Shown piece by piece: positions 50,250 through 60,357 of a stretch of DNA of 64,000 nucleotides. The notes beneath the pieces were generated by a model. It was not told the DNA's origin, ran no database searches, and saw only the letters and a program-made list of their open reading frames with translations. Position 1 is the first letter of the stretch, and every line of letters begins with the position of its first letter. Origin of the DNA: Patescibacteria group bacterium (GTDB lineage: Bacteria > Patescibacteriota > Saccharimonadia > Saccharimonadales > 2-12-FULL-41-12); contig JBBTSC010000001.1 in assembly GCA_038064875.1 (NCBI GenBank), positions 443,004-507,003 on the forward strand, written 5' to 3'. The translations under genes and the position numbers were made by a program.

Positions 50250-51767
50250 CTATCTTACTGAATCTTCGCCGAAGTGCTTTATTAGTCTGGCTCTTATTGA
50301 CCCTGGATGACGACCAAACTTTTCTGTGAGATCTTTGATCTTTATTGGCTTGTTTGCAGAAAATAATTTAACCAGTTTTTCATCATCTTCTTTTTTCCAT
50401 GGTCTGTAGGCATTCGGATACTGCTCACGCATTTTAGATAGCTTGTCATTCCAGTTACCACTTTTACTCTTTGTTTCTGGCAGTGGTTTTAATTTACGCT
50501 TTTTAGCTTGCTCCCGCAGATGTTCAAATTTCTTAGCATGCTTGGCAGAACTACTACGAAGCTTTTTGTCGATTTCCAGAGCCTCAGGACTAACCCTAAG
50601 CGCCATCTGGTTAATGCCTTCCAGGCTCAGAGTATCTAGACTCCTGACTCTAGACAATGCGACGTAACCCATGCCTTCTACAAATGCTTTCCGCAGATCA
50701 ACTCGTGCAGAGTCAAGAGTCATCCCCTGACTTTTGTGCACTGTTATTGCCCATGCAAGTCGTAGTGGCAACTGTGTCAGACCCGCACGCTTCTTGTCCC
50801 CGTCTCTCAGATCCCAAGTCTCTGGCGTTATGGTCAAAGTCCGCCCGTTTTTAAGTTCGACAATTGGGTACTCTGATTCTTTATCAAATCCAACTATAAT
50901 GCCCAGAGACCCATTCACGTATCTTTTTTCTGGATTGTTTTTAATGCACATAACCAATGCACCTTTTTTAAGAACCAATGTCTCAAGTGCCAAACAAGAT
51001 CTTTTGAGATTTTCTACATAATTGGAGGAGCCAGTGCTGTTCATCGAATAATAATATTCCTCTCCAGGAAGCTCTGACAGGCGCTGCGTGTTAATACTAT
51101 CCACATCGATATTATTGGTATGGAGCTCCGTCGCCTCACCCACGTCAATTCCTCTACGACCCAGCAGTGTCTCTGCGTGACCACGCCTAATGTCTCCAGC
51201 CCTAAGTGCTGTCAAAATCTCTAAAAACTTATCATCATTCTGTCTGTACTGTTCATCCAGATAACAAATAACTGGGTCAAATTCTTCCCAGACGTTTGCT
51301 CCCACAACGAAAGAGCCTTGCGGTCCATCCGCTCTGTTAATAGGTGGCAATTGGAAAAAATCCCCACACAAAATAACTTGTATGCCACCAAAAGGCTCAT
51401 CTGTCTCCCTAACCTCTCTAGCCACCCAATCGACCATATCTAACCTAAAATCATGCAACATCGATATTTCATCTATGATCAAGACATCTGTGGATTTTAT
51501 AGTATCCAGTCTGCCCTTTGCCATATCCTGCAACAAATATTTTGACACCGAGTCTTTAATACCTATACCACTCCACGCATGGATAGTGTTCCCACCAAGA
51601 TGCGTTGCAGCCAAGCCTGTTGTTGCAGTCACTGCCACTTTTTTCCCGGAATTTTTAGCGTGCCGAATAAACTGATTTAACACATACGTTTTTCCAGACC
51701 CGGCTGGGCCTGTCAGCAGTGAGTTTTCTCCAGATATTAATATTTCAAGCGCTAAAGACTGATCCAC
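50250..51767 (-). CDS. Pif1/RecD-like SF1 DNA helicase with a C-terminal HTH extension
   Basis: GPAGSGKT, IIDEISM, CGDFFQLPP and TVHKSQG motifs. Confidence 0.85.
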   Translation of the reverse strand: MDQSLALEILISGENSLLTGPAGSGKTYVLNQFIRHAKNSGKKVAVTATTGLAATHLGGNTIHAWSGIGIKDSVSKYLLQDMAKGRLDTIKSTDVLIIDEISMLHDFRLDMVDWVAREVRETDEPFGGIQVILCGDFFQLPPINRADGPQGSFVVGANVWEEFDPVICYLDEQYRQNDDKFLEILTALRAGDIRRGHAETLLGRRGIDVGEATELHTNNIDVDSINTQRLSELPGEEYYYSMNSTGSSNYVENLKRSCLALETLVLKKGALVMCIKNNPEKRYVNGSLGIIVGFDKESEYPIVELKNGRTLTITPETWDLRDGDKKRAGLTQLPLRLAWAITVHKSQGMTLDSARVDLRKAFVEGMGYVALSRVRSLDTLSLEGINQMALRVSPEALEIDKKLRSSSAKHAKKFEHLREQAKKRKLKPLPETKSKSGNWNDKLSKMREQYPNAYRPWKKEDDEKLVKLFSANKPIKIKDLTEKFGRHPGSIRARLIKHFGEDSVR

Positions 51768-51892
51768 TAGCTACTATTTTCTTTTGATTGTTCATGTAAC
51801 TAACATTGTACACCTACTCAGAGAACGGAAATATTGTGTTTTTTGTGATAAAATTAGTTTCAGTCCTCAAAAATTTCAACAAGGAAAATTCA

Positions 51893-53023
51893 ATGACAAA
51901 GAAATCTATTAAAGTAGCCATTGTAGGTGTTGGTAACTGTGCCAGTTCACTCTACCAAGGATTCGCATATTACACAGGTAAGAAGGGAGATAATATCCCA
52001 GGACTTATGTTCGCCGACATCGGCGGATACAGACTAGATGACATCGAAGTGGTCGCAGCATTTGATGTAGATAGCCGTAAAGTTGGCAAGCCCATAGGAG
52101 AAGCTATCTTTGCCCTACCTAACTGTGCTCGTCAGTTCTCAAAAGTGCCAAAGGGTCCAAAAGTACAGATGGGACACATTCTTGACGGCGTATCAAGCCA
52201 CATGCTTGAGCAACCCGAAGACGAAGGATTTAGAATCGCCAAACAAAAGCCAGTTGATATAGTCAAAGTTCTTAAAGATACTAAAGCGGATATATTAATC
52301 AACTACCTGCCTGTGGGGTCTCAAGAAGCAAGCGAATATTATGCTCAGTGTGCTATCGACGCGGGAGTTATGTTCCTCAACTGTATTCCTGTGTTTATCG
52401 CATCTGATCCAAAATGGGAAAAGAAATTTATTAACGCAGGACTCGCACTTATTGGTGACGATATGCGAAGTGCTCTTGGTGCCAGCATTATGAGCCAAGT
52501 TCTTCAAGAACTAGCCTTTGACCGAGGATTTGAAGTTGATTTTCATCAACAAATTAATATTGGCGGAAATACTGACTTCAACAACATGATGGTTCAATCT
52601 CGCCTCGCTAGCAAAAAGAAATCTAAAGAAAACGTTATCCGCGCCCAGAACGAAATTCGTGGAATTCCTGTGGCAAAAAACAGTCTGTTTGCAGGACCAA
52701 GCACTTACCTTCCATACCTGGAAGACAACAAAGTTGCTTACTTTAACATCAGACTTCGTGGATTTGGTGATGCACCAGTCACAATCGACGCGAAATTGTC
52801 TGTTCAAGATTCAGAAAATTCTGCTGGAGTTGTTGTAGATGCAATTCGCTATCTCAAAGTTGCTCAGGAGCTTGGAGTAGTTGGAGCTCTTCGTGGCCCA
52901 AGTGCTTGGACACAAAAAACGCCTCCAGTACAAATGATGTACGCCGACGCCAAGGCTGAATGTGAATCTCTAGCACAACGCAAAGCTAACGGCACTATTG
53001 CTTCACAGATCAAGAAAAAATAA
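51893..53023 (+). CDS. ino1: myo-inositol-1-phosphate synthase
   Basis: VAIVGVGNCASSL Rossmann start and the overall MIPS pattern. Start trimmed to ATG 51893 (AAGGAAAA upstream). Confidence 0.85.
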   Translation: MTKKSIKVAIVGVGNCASSLYQGFAYYTGKKGDNIPGLMFADIGGYRLDDIEVVAAFDVDSRKVGKPIGEAIFALPNCARQFSKVPKGPKVQMGHILDGVSSHMLEQPEDEGFRIAKQKPVDIVKVLKDTKADILINYLPVGSQEASEYYAQCAIDAGVMFLNCIPVFIASDPKWEKKFINAGLALIGDDMRSALGASIMSQVLQELAFDRGFEVDFHQQINIGGNTDFNNMMVQSRLASKKKSKENVIRAQNEIRGIPVAKNSLFAGPSTYLPYLEDNKVAYFNIRLRGFGDAPVTIDAKLSVQDSENSAGVVVDAIRYLKVAQELGVVGALRGPSAWTQKTPPVQMMYADAKAECESLAQRKANGTIASQIKKK

Positions 53024-53047
53024 CCCGCTATAGGTTATAATTAACCT

Positions 53048-53569
53048 ATGCTTAAATTATCAAAAGCTCTGATAAATTACCCTATCATGTCACTGCGTGC
53101 AGGTGGACAGATAGCTACTACAATTGGGCCGATCATCAACCCTGACAATTTAAAAATCGAAGCGTGGGCAGTACAAGATACATTCAACAAAAAGACGCTA
53201 TATCTATTGTCACAGGATATTAGAGAAACTCTACCTGTGGGGTTTGCTATAAATGACTACGACAACCTGGCGGAAGCTGAAGACCTGATTCGACTCAAGT
53301 CATTGCTCGAGCTCAATTACTCAGTTATCGGAAAGTACGTAACAACTGAACGCAACCGAAATATAGGCAAGGTTACTGACTACGCCGTAGAGATTGAAAG
53401 CATGATGATCAAAAAAATTTATTGCTCTAAGGGCCTGATCAAAGGTTTTGCTTCTGGAGAAATAAGTATTGACCGAACTCAGGTTATTGAAACCACCAAA
53501 ACTCGAATTATTGTCGAAGACACTGAGGTAAAATCTCAAGAGCCAGACTTCAACCCAGCTAGCGCCTAG
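53048..53569 (+). CDS. PRC-barrel-like domain protein (two repeats)
   Basis: Pattern resembles YlmC/YmxH-type PRC barrels (GKYVTTERNRNIGKVTDYAVE). By-eye call only. Confidence 0.5.
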   Translation: MLKLSKALINYPIMSLRAGGQIATTIGPIINPDNLKIEAWAVQDTFNKKTLYLLSQDIRETLPVGFAINDYDNLAEAEDLIRLKSLLELNYSVIGKYVTTERNRNIGKVTDYAVEIESMMIKKIYCSKGLIKGFASGEISIDRTQVIETTKTRIIVEDTEVKSQEPDFNPASA

Positions 53570-53572
53570 TGA

Positions 53573-53740
53573 CTAAGGTTTTTTCTTTGTAATCGGTGTC
53601 TCAGTAACGACCCAAGCGTCGTCGTCTTCACATTGATAGGTTATCTTTTTATATTCTTTGTATAGCTCAGCCTGCTTTAGATTATTAGAAATTCCGTCAT
53701 TAACTTTCTTCATTTCTTTACCGCAAACAGGGCATTTCAT
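53573..53740 (-). CDS. small Cys-containing (zinc-ribbon-like) protein, 55 aa, below the ORF-track cutoff
   Basis: My translation: MKCPVCGKEMKKVNDGISNNLKQAELYKEYKKITYQCEDDDAWVVTETPITKKKP. Starts 8 nt after the recX stop. Confidence 0.4.
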   Translation of the reverse strand: MKCPVCGKEMKKVNDGISNNLKQAELYKEYKKITYQCEDDDAWVVTETPITKKKP

Positions 53741-53747
53741 GAGAATA

Positions 53748-54338
53748 TTATATCAAACCTTTGATGTCTGAGTAGTTGAAGCCTTGACGAATTAGGTACT
53801 GGATTAGTTTTTGATCGTCCTGATAGCGTGTTTGCGAACGCTTTTTTTCTATTAGAGCTTTGAGCACATCGGCCTCATCGGTAGGATCTTCGCTTAGAAC
53901 TTTTTGGATAATTTCATCACTAACTCTCTTCTGACGAAGCTCTTGCTGAAGACGCCTTTTACTAGTATTTTTAAACATGCGTCTATCACGAACCCAAGCT
54001 TCTGCAAACTTCTCATCGTCAACATATTTTTTATTACTTAGCATGTTAAGTATTTGTTCTATCACTTCCTCTCCGTAGTCTTTGCGCTTTAAATAATCTC
54101 TTATTTCCCAGGTGGACCTTACCCTGCGCGCGATGAGATTTAGAGTACTGTCATATGCTTTATCTAGCACAACCTTCTTCTGAAGATTATCCAGATCAGC
54201 ACCTTCATATTCTTGCCCAATCTTGATTCCTGAATTCAGAAGCTCATGCTCTGACAATGAAAAACTATATTTGCCATCAGCATAGATCGAATACCTGTCT
54301 GAACGCTTAACCTGTTTTTTGATATCGGTAATTTTCAT
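53748..54338 (-). CDS. recX: recombination regulator RecX
   Basis: Three-helix repeat pattern (RSTWEIRDYLKRK..., YVDDEKFAEAWVRDR). Confidence 0.85.
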   Translation of the reverse strand: MKITDIKKQVKRSDRYSIYADGKYSFSLSEHELLNSGIKIGQEYEGADLDNLQKKVVLDKAYDSTLNLIARRVRSTWEIRDYLKRKDYGEEVIEQILNMLSNKKYVDDEKFAEAWVRDRRMFKNTSKRRLQQELRQKRVSDEIIQKVLSEDPTDEADVLKALIEKKRSQTRYQDDQKLIQYLIRQGFNYSDIKGLI

Positions 54339-54901
54339 CGAAGATCCTTGATGAATTTTATTAATTCTCTGCCATCTTGTTTGACATGAGTTCCTTGCTC
54401 TGCAAATCCTGCGCGTGTGAGCAACCTCTTTGACGCACTATTTTCTGGCATCACTAGAGCGTACAGCTCTCTAAAGCCTACATCTTGAGCTGACTTGATC
54501 AAAGAATTTAGAGCATTAGTCATATAACCTTTAGTTCCCTCTGTATCCGACCAATATCCAACTTCTGCCGTGTACTGATCTGGTAGCTTAATCCCTACTG
54601 TTCCGACAATATTATTGACTTCGTCTCGCACCATATATGAAGACCTCACCCCCGCATGCCATTCTTGATTAGACGAATCAACAAATTTGCGTGCATCATC
54701 TACAGTATATTCACCATCTACGCCAGTAGCGTACTGAAAAGTAACCCATTTCTTAACTTCTGGTTGATTGCAGATATTAACAATCCTTTTTAGATCCAGC
54801 TCTGTGATGTCATCGTAAGCTATAGAAATCAGTCGCGCTCTACCACCACCAAATCTCTCAAACGATATTTCTCTCTCTAGGTTGGATAAATTTGGCTTCA
54901 T
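54335..54901 (-). CDS. GNAT-family N-acetyltransferase
   Basis: RimJ/RimL-like layout with a 4-nt overlap with recX. Confidence 0.7.
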   Translation of the reverse strand: MKPNLSNLEREISFERFGGGRARLISIAYDDITELDLKRIVNICNQPEVKKWVTFQYATGVDGEYTVDDARKFVDSSNQEWHAGVRSSYMVRDEVNNIVGTVGIKLPDQYTAEVGYWSDTEGTKGYMTNALNSLIKSAQDVGFRELYALVMPENSASKRLLTRAGFAEQGTHVKQDGRELIKFIKDLR

Positions 54902-54914
54902 AATCCCATTTTAT

Positions 54915-55463
54915 CTACTTGTCTGAACTCAGCCAAGTCAAATCAAGTTCCATGACACGTGCATTCTTCAGTTTTGGTACGTCAAAAAAGTTTGCGGGAT
55001 TTTCGCCCGATTTTAAAATATCTATCATTTTTGCAGTTCCACCATGGGCTACAACCAACGTGGTACCTGGATACTCATTAAATTCCAATAAAGCGTCCTT
55101 AACCCTCTTGGCAAACATATTGGGATCTTCTGAACCCTCCGCATAGGCTACCATTTCTGCTGTGACGTCTTTTAGAGGCGTCCCTCCAAGGGTTCCTGTA
55201 TCCCTTTCTGTGATCCGAGACTCCTTTTGAATATCATTTGGATCAAATCCTATTTCTTTGGCGATAATTACTGCTGTATCGTAAGCCCTAGCTTTTGGAG
55301 AACAGATAATACGGTCTATTTGGGTGCCTTTTAACTCTTGCCCTAATTCCTTTGCTTGTTGCCTGCCTGTATCGGTTAACTGAGTCTCGTCTGTGCTATC
55401 TGACAATACACCAAGCACGTTAGATTCTGTCTGTCCGTGTCTAACGTAAAGAACTTTTGCCAT
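54915..55463 (-). CDS. histidine phosphatase (phosphoglycerate mutase-like) family protein
   Basis: RHG motif (YVRHGQTESN) and a distal HGG. Confidence 0.8.
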   Translation of the reverse strand: MAKVLYVRHGQTESNVLGVLSDSTDETQLTDTGRQQAKELGQELKGTQIDRIICSPKARAYDTAVIIAKEIGFDPNDIQKESRITERDTGTLGGTPLKDVTAEMVAYAEGSEDPNMFAKRVKDALLEFNEYPGTTLVVAHGGTAKMIDILKSGENPANFFDVPKLKNARVMELDLTWLSSDK

Positions 55464-55465
55464 GG

Positions 55466-56494
55466 CTACTCTTGTTCAGCGACTTCTCTTACCTTTTTAG
55501 CTATTTCATCGAGAACTTTTGGATTTTCTTCTAGGTATTTCTTTGCCGCTTCACGTCCTTGGGCAATCTTGGCGTCTTTGTAGGCAAACCAAGCGCCTGA
55601 CTTTTCAACAATTTCGTCCGCTACAGCAAGATCAAGTATATCGCCCGATTTTGAAATTCCTTGATTGTACATAATATCGAATTCGGCTTCGCGGAAAGGT
55701 GCTGCCACCTTGTTTTTTACCACTTTTACCCGCACACGGTTGCCTATTATCTCGTCAGCTTGTTTGATCTGCCCGATTCTGCGAATATCCATACGCACAC
55801 TTGCGTAGAATTTCAGCGCATTTCCGCCAGTTGTTGTCTCTGGGTTGCCAAACATCACCCCAATTTTCATACGAATTTGGTTAATAAATATGACTGTGCA
55901 GTTAGACCGACTTACAATTCCTGTTAATTTACGAAGTGCCTGGCTCATCAAACGTGCTTGAAGCCCCATGTGTGAATCACCCATGTCGCCTTCTATCTCA
56001 GCCCTAGGAACAAGTGCCGCCACTGAGTCGACAACTACGAGGTTAACTGCACTCGATCGAACCAATGTCTCGGTAATTTCCAGTGCTTGTTCACCGTTAT
56101 CTGGCTGAGAGATTAGCAAATTGTCTGTGTCTACCCCAAGTCTTTTAGCATATGACGGGTCAAGTGCGTGCTCCGCATCGATGAAGGCTGCTGTACCGCC
56201 AGCCTTTTGGACTTCAGCAATAGCATGCAAGGCAAGTGTTGTCTTGCCCGAACTCTCAGGCCCATAAACTTCTATAATTCGACCTTTGGGAATTCCTCCG
56301 CCAAGGGCAAGATCTAGGCTCAAACAGCCTGTCGGTACCGTCTCGACGTTGACCTTGTGCGCTTCGCCTAGTTTCATGATTGAGCCTTTGCCAAATTGCT
56401 TTTCGATTGAGTCCAATGCTACACCTAGCGCTTGATCTTTGCCTGCATTCTCTTCTGGTGTTGATTTTTCAGATTTAGCTACTTTTTTTGCCAC
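55466..56494 (-). CDS. recA: recombinase RecA
   Basis: [17 protein letters not shown] and canonical RecA sequence throughout. Confidence 0.97.
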   Translation of the reverse strand: MAKKVAKSEKSTPEENAGKDQALGVALDSIEKQFGKGSIMKLGEAHKVNVETVPTGCLSLDLALGGGIPKGRIIEVYGPESSGKTTLALHAIAEVQKAGGTAAFIDAEHALDPSYAKRLGVDTDNLLISQPDNGEQALEITETLVRSSAVNLVVVDSVAALVPRAEIEGDMGDSHMGLQARLMSQALRKLTGIVSRSNCTVIFINQIRMKIGVMFGNPETTTGGNALKFYASVRMDIRRIGQIKQADEIIGNRVRVKVVKNKVAAPFREAEFDIMYNQGISKSGDILDLAVADEIVEKSGAWFAYKDAKIAQGREAAKKYLEENPKVLDEIAKKVREVAEQE

Positions 56495-56601
56495 TATAAT
56501 TACCCTCTCTATTTTACTTCTCTTTTATTTGTATTTATTATACCAGGATTAATGGTAAAATGTATCCAGAATGAAAACGGTTATGGTGGGAAAATCCTAG
56601 T

Positions 56602-58410
56602 ATGAAGATCAGTGATAAGCAACTCGAGAAGTTACTCGTTGGTTCTGGAGTAATTGGCAAAGAAGCCCTGGATACTATCAAGGCTCAAGCAGATACGGAG
56701 AAAGTTGGCCTTCAAGAAGTTGTCATAAAAAATGGTACTATCAGCGAAAAAGAGCTGACCAAGATGTATTCCGAGACCATTGATACTAACTTTATTGACC
56801 TAAATCCAAAAGAAATAAAACGCGAAATTCTAAAACTTATCCCAGAGAAATTTGCCAAGCAGTACAAAGTAGTACTTTTTGGAGTAGAAGAAGACGGTGG
56901 CAAGCTAATTGCCATGGAAGACCCTGATGATGTACAAGCCATCAACTTCCTTCAAAAACAAATAGGCACTAACCTAAAAACATATATTGCTCCTAGTTCA
57001 TCTATACTCCAAGCTCTGGATCAATACCGTGAAAATGCGTCCTCAGAGCTTACTAAAGTCCTAGCGCCAGACGAAGAAGAGGCGGATGAAGACGAAGAAG
57101 TTTCTGAAGAAGATCTGACGGAAGATTCACCGATAGCACAGACTGTGAATCTGGTTATCGAATATGCTATTAAGTCCGGAGCCAGCGATATTCATATTGA
57201 ACCCCGTGAAACATATGTAAGTGTTCGTTATAGAATAGATGGGATCTTAAAGGAAGCAAACAAGCTACCGAAAAAAGTCCATGGACCATTAGTCAGCCGT
57301 ATCAAAATCCTAAGTAACCTAAAAATTGATGAAAGGCGGGCCCCACAAGATGGTCGATTCAAGATACAAATAGGCTCTGGATTTTATGCCCTTCGTGTAT
57401 CGACCCTACCGATATCCGAGGGAGAGAAAGTCGTTATGCGTATTCTCAACGAATCAAACAAAGCTCTAACTCTTGAAGAGCTCGGTTATTGGGGAGTATC
57501 TCTTGGCAATATAAATAAGGCAATTGTTCAACCACACGGTATGATTTTGGTAACAGGACCAACAGGCTCAGGAAAATCAACAAGTTTGTTTAGCACACTG
57601 AGTTTGCTCAACAAACCAAGTATCAATATCTCAACTATTGAAGATCCTGTTGAGTACAAAATACCTGGGGCTAACCAAACACAAGTAAACCCAAAAGCTG
57701 GAATGACCTTCGCAGCCGGACTGCGTGCCCTACTTCGACAAGACCCAAATGTGATTATGGTAGGTGAGATTCGTGATGGTGAAACTGCAGGACTCGGTGT
57801 TCAAGCAGCACTAACCGGTCACTTGGTTTTTGCAACACTTCACACCAACAACGCTGCCACTTGTCTACCACGTCTACTAGATATGGGGATTGAGCCATTT
57901 TTGATTGCTAGCACCGTACGTGCGGTAGTAGGACAAAGGTTGGTTAGAAGACTCTGCGTCGACTGTAGATCTTCAGAAAAGCCAGACGCAGCCACAATAA
58001 AAGAGATCTTTGAAACATTCAACATAGTGGATAAAACCAAGATGAAATACATACATGACCTTGAGAAACAGGCAGTTGCTGGTGGTATCGGTAAAAGCAA
58101 CGATAAAGCTTCTGACACAGATGCTCTATCTACATCAGAAGATACTATCGAAAAAATTTGGAAAGCAAAAGATGGTGGCTGTGAATCATGCAATCATACT
58201 GGATACAAAGGCAGGATGGGTATATATGAAGTACTTGATAATTCAAACGAGGTCCAAAAACTAATTGTTAAGAACGGTACCAGTGACGACATACAAAACC
58301 AAGCAATTGCCGATGGTATGATAACCATGCAGATAGACGGATTTATCAAAGCGTTGCGTGGACAGACTAGCGTAGAAGAGATATTAAGAGTAACTACTTC
58401 AGAAAGATAA
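56602..58410 (+). CDS. pilB: type IV pilus assembly ATPase PilB (GspE family)
   Basis: GPTGSGKST Walker A, Asp/His boxes and the tetracysteine CVDC...CESC. Confidence 0.9.
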   Translation: MKISDKQLEKLLVGSGVIGKEALDTIKAQADTEKVGLQEVVIKNGTISEKELTKMYSETIDTNFIDLNPKEIKREILKLIPEKFAKQYKVVLFGVEEDGGKLIAMEDPDDVQAINFLQKQIGTNLKTYIAPSSSILQALDQYRENASSELTKVLAPDEEEADEDEEVSEEDLTEDSPIAQTVNLVIEYAIKSGASDIHIEPRETYVSVRYRIDGILKEANKLPKKVHGPLVSRIKILSNLKIDERRAPQDGRFKIQIGSGFYALRVSTLPISEGEKVVMRILNESNKALTLEELGYWGVSLGNINKAIVQPHGMILVTGPTGSGKSTSLFSTLSLLNKPSINISTIEDPVEYKIPGANQTQVNPKAGMTFAAGLRALLRQDPNVIMVGEIRDGETAGLGVQAALTGHLVFATLHTNNAATCLPRLLDMGIEPFLIASTVRAVVGQRLVRRLCVDCRSSEKPDAATIKEIFETFNIVDKTKMKYIHDLEKQAVAGGIGKSNDKASDTDALSTSEDTIEKIWKAKDGGCESCNHTGYKGRMGIYEVLDNSNEVQKLIVKNGTSDDIQNQAIADGMITMQIDGFIKALRGQTSVEEILRVTTSER

Positions 58411-58416
58411 TAAAAG

Positions 58417-59640
58417 ATGGCTTCATATAAATTTACCGGAACAAAAGAAGGCAAGAAAATATCTGGCAATGTTGATGCTCCGACCAAAGATGTGGCCATG
58501 TCAACACTATCACACCAGAACGTACATGTACTGAGCCTACGCGCTACTTCGGGCGGTAGCATAATGAGCAAACTACCTATCGGTAAACCTAAAGTAAAGC
58601 AAAAAGATTTGGTTATCTTTACTCGCCAACTTTCTACTATGATTTCCGCAGGTGTTCCTTTAACTCGCTCTTTGACTACCATGCAAACTCAAGCCGAAAA
58701 TAAATATTTTGGCAGTATCATAGGTTCAATATCCAAAGACATAGAAGGCGGTATGGCTTTGGCTGATTCATTTGAAAAACACCCTGACACATTTAGTGAT
58801 GTATACGTGAACATGGTTAGAGCCGGTGAATCAGGAGGAATACTTGACGAAATTCTGCAGAGGTTGGCGGCACAGGTAGAAAAAGACGCCACTATCCGCA
58901 AAAAAGTAAAAAGTGCCATGGCCTACCCTGTAGTTATCCTTGGCGTGACAGTAATCGCATTTTTTGGAATCATGATATTCGTCATTCCGAAACTTGGAAA
59001 AATCATTAAAGACTTAGGTGGACCAGATGCTGAGTTGCCTGTTTATACCCAGGCTATGCTGGGGCTCAGTGGTTTTATGCAAAAAAACGCTATTCTCATA
59101 TTTATTGTTATGTTTATTGGAACATTCTTCTTCCGTCGCTACATAAAAACACCAAAAGGCAAATACAAACTGCATTCTACACTACTGAAAATACCAGTTA
59201 TTAAAGTCATTTTGATCAAAATAGCTATTGCCCGTTTTGCCAGAACTTTTGCCTCTCTTATGGCTGCAGGTGTGGGTGTGCTTGATGCTTTAGAAGTGAC
59301 AGGAAAAGCTATCGGAAATTTAGTCATAGAAGAGGAGCTAAAAGAAGCAGCTGATCAGATAAAAGCCGGCAAACAATTATCTGAACCTCTGAGCAAGAGC
59401 CCCCACTTCCCAGCTATTGTGGCGCAGATGCTCGCTATTGGTGAAGAGACAGGTCAGATTGACACGATACTGCTCAAAGTAGCTGACTTTTATGAAGAAG
59501 AGGTTGATGCGGTTATAGATGGTATTAGCTCACTAATAGAGCCTGTGATGATCTTAGTATTGGGTGGCATGGTAGGTATAATTGCGGCCAGTGTTATGGG
59601 CCCTATCGCTAGCTTGAGTCAAAATGTTGGCAAAGAGTAA
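58417..59640 (+). CDS. pilC: type IV pilus platform protein PilC (GspF family)
   Basis: Duplicated T2SS-F domains with three TM segments. Confidence 0.9.
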   Translation: MASYKFTGTKEGKKISGNVDAPTKDVAMSTLSHQNVHVLSLRATSGGSIMSKLPIGKPKVKQKDLVIFTRQLSTMISAGVPLTRSLTTMQTQAENKYFGSIIGSISKDIEGGMALADSFEKHPDTFSDVYVNMVRAGESGGILDEILQRLAAQVEKDATIRKKVKSAMAYPVVILGVTVIAFFGIMIFVIPKLGKIIKDLGGPDAELPVYTQAMLGLSGFMQKNAILIFIVMFIGTFFFRRYIKTPKGKYKLHSTLLKIPVIKVILIKIAIARFARTFASLMAAGVGVLDALEVTGKAIGNLVIEEELKEAADQIKAGKQLSEPLSKSPHFPAIVAQMLAIGEETGQIDTILLKVADFYEEEVDAVIDGISSLIEPVMILVLGGMVGIIAASVMGPIASLSQNVGKE

Positions 59641-59683
59641 TAGGCATAAATAGCATTTATGAAACAATTTGGGGAAAAGTCTC

Positions 59684-59712
59684 TTGACTTCTTAAGCGCT
59701 TATGGTTACTAT
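59684..59712 (+). promoter_or_regulatory. near-consensus promoter of pilA
   Basis: TTGACT (59684-59689), 17-nt spacer, TACTAT (59707-59712). SD AAGGAGGG lies before ATG 59782. Confidence 0.5.
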
Positions 59713-59781
59713 ATCTTCAGATGCTTACCCCCTATGGTAAGATCGTGTTAAAAATTAATAATTCAAGGAGGGTGGGTCCAT

Positions 59782-60255
59782 ATGGTCTCTCTAAAAAATA
59801 AGCAACAAGGTTTCACTATTGTTGAGCTCTTGATCGTAATCGTTGTGATTGGTATCTTGGCTGCATTAGTGGTAACAACATTTAGCGGAATACAACAAAA
59901 AGCTCGAAACACAGAGCGAGAAACAGATATTAAGGCTATTCATGGTCAGCTAGAAGCTTACTATGCACAAAATGGTCGATATCCAACACTTGACAACATG
60001 AACGACAGCGGAACTGCAACTGCGTTTGTTGAAACAAGTCTTAAAGGTCTAGACCGTGAGTCATTAAAAGACCCTAAGAGTAATGCAGCCGATACTTATG
60101 ATCTAGGTGCTGCTGCAGCCAACATCTACGGCTACGCCCCACTTGATTCAGGTGGCGGTGCTTGTAACAACGCTGGTGGCGACGACTGTGTCAGCTACAC
60201 TTTGACTGCTACAAAAGAAGGTGGCGGTACATTCGAAAAGAAATCTCTTAACTAG
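59782..60255 (+). CDS. pilA: type IV pilin
   Basis: Prepilin signature KQQG/FTIVELLIVIVVIGILAAL (G-1, F+1, E+5). Confidence 0.88.
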   Translation: MVSLKNKQQGFTIVELLIVIVVIGILAALVVTTFSGIQQKARNTERETDIKAIHGQLEAYYAQNGRYPTLDNMNDSGTATAFVETSLKGLDRESLKDPKSNAADTYDLGAAAANIYGYAPLDSGGGACNNAGGDDCVSYTLTATKEGGGTFEKKSLN

Positions 60256-60276
60256 AATATAAGATTTCACAAAATT

Positions 60277-60311
60277 AAGCCCTCTCTTAAAAGTAAGATT
60301 GGGCTTTTTTG
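60277..60311 (+). terminator. intrinsic terminator after pilA
   Basis: AAGCCC/GGGCTT outer stem with a TCTTA/TAAGA inner stem, then TTTTTT. Confidence 0.55.
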
Positions 60312-60357
60312 TTGTAGCAGATCATTAAAATATTGTATAATTTGAGAAGAAAACATT

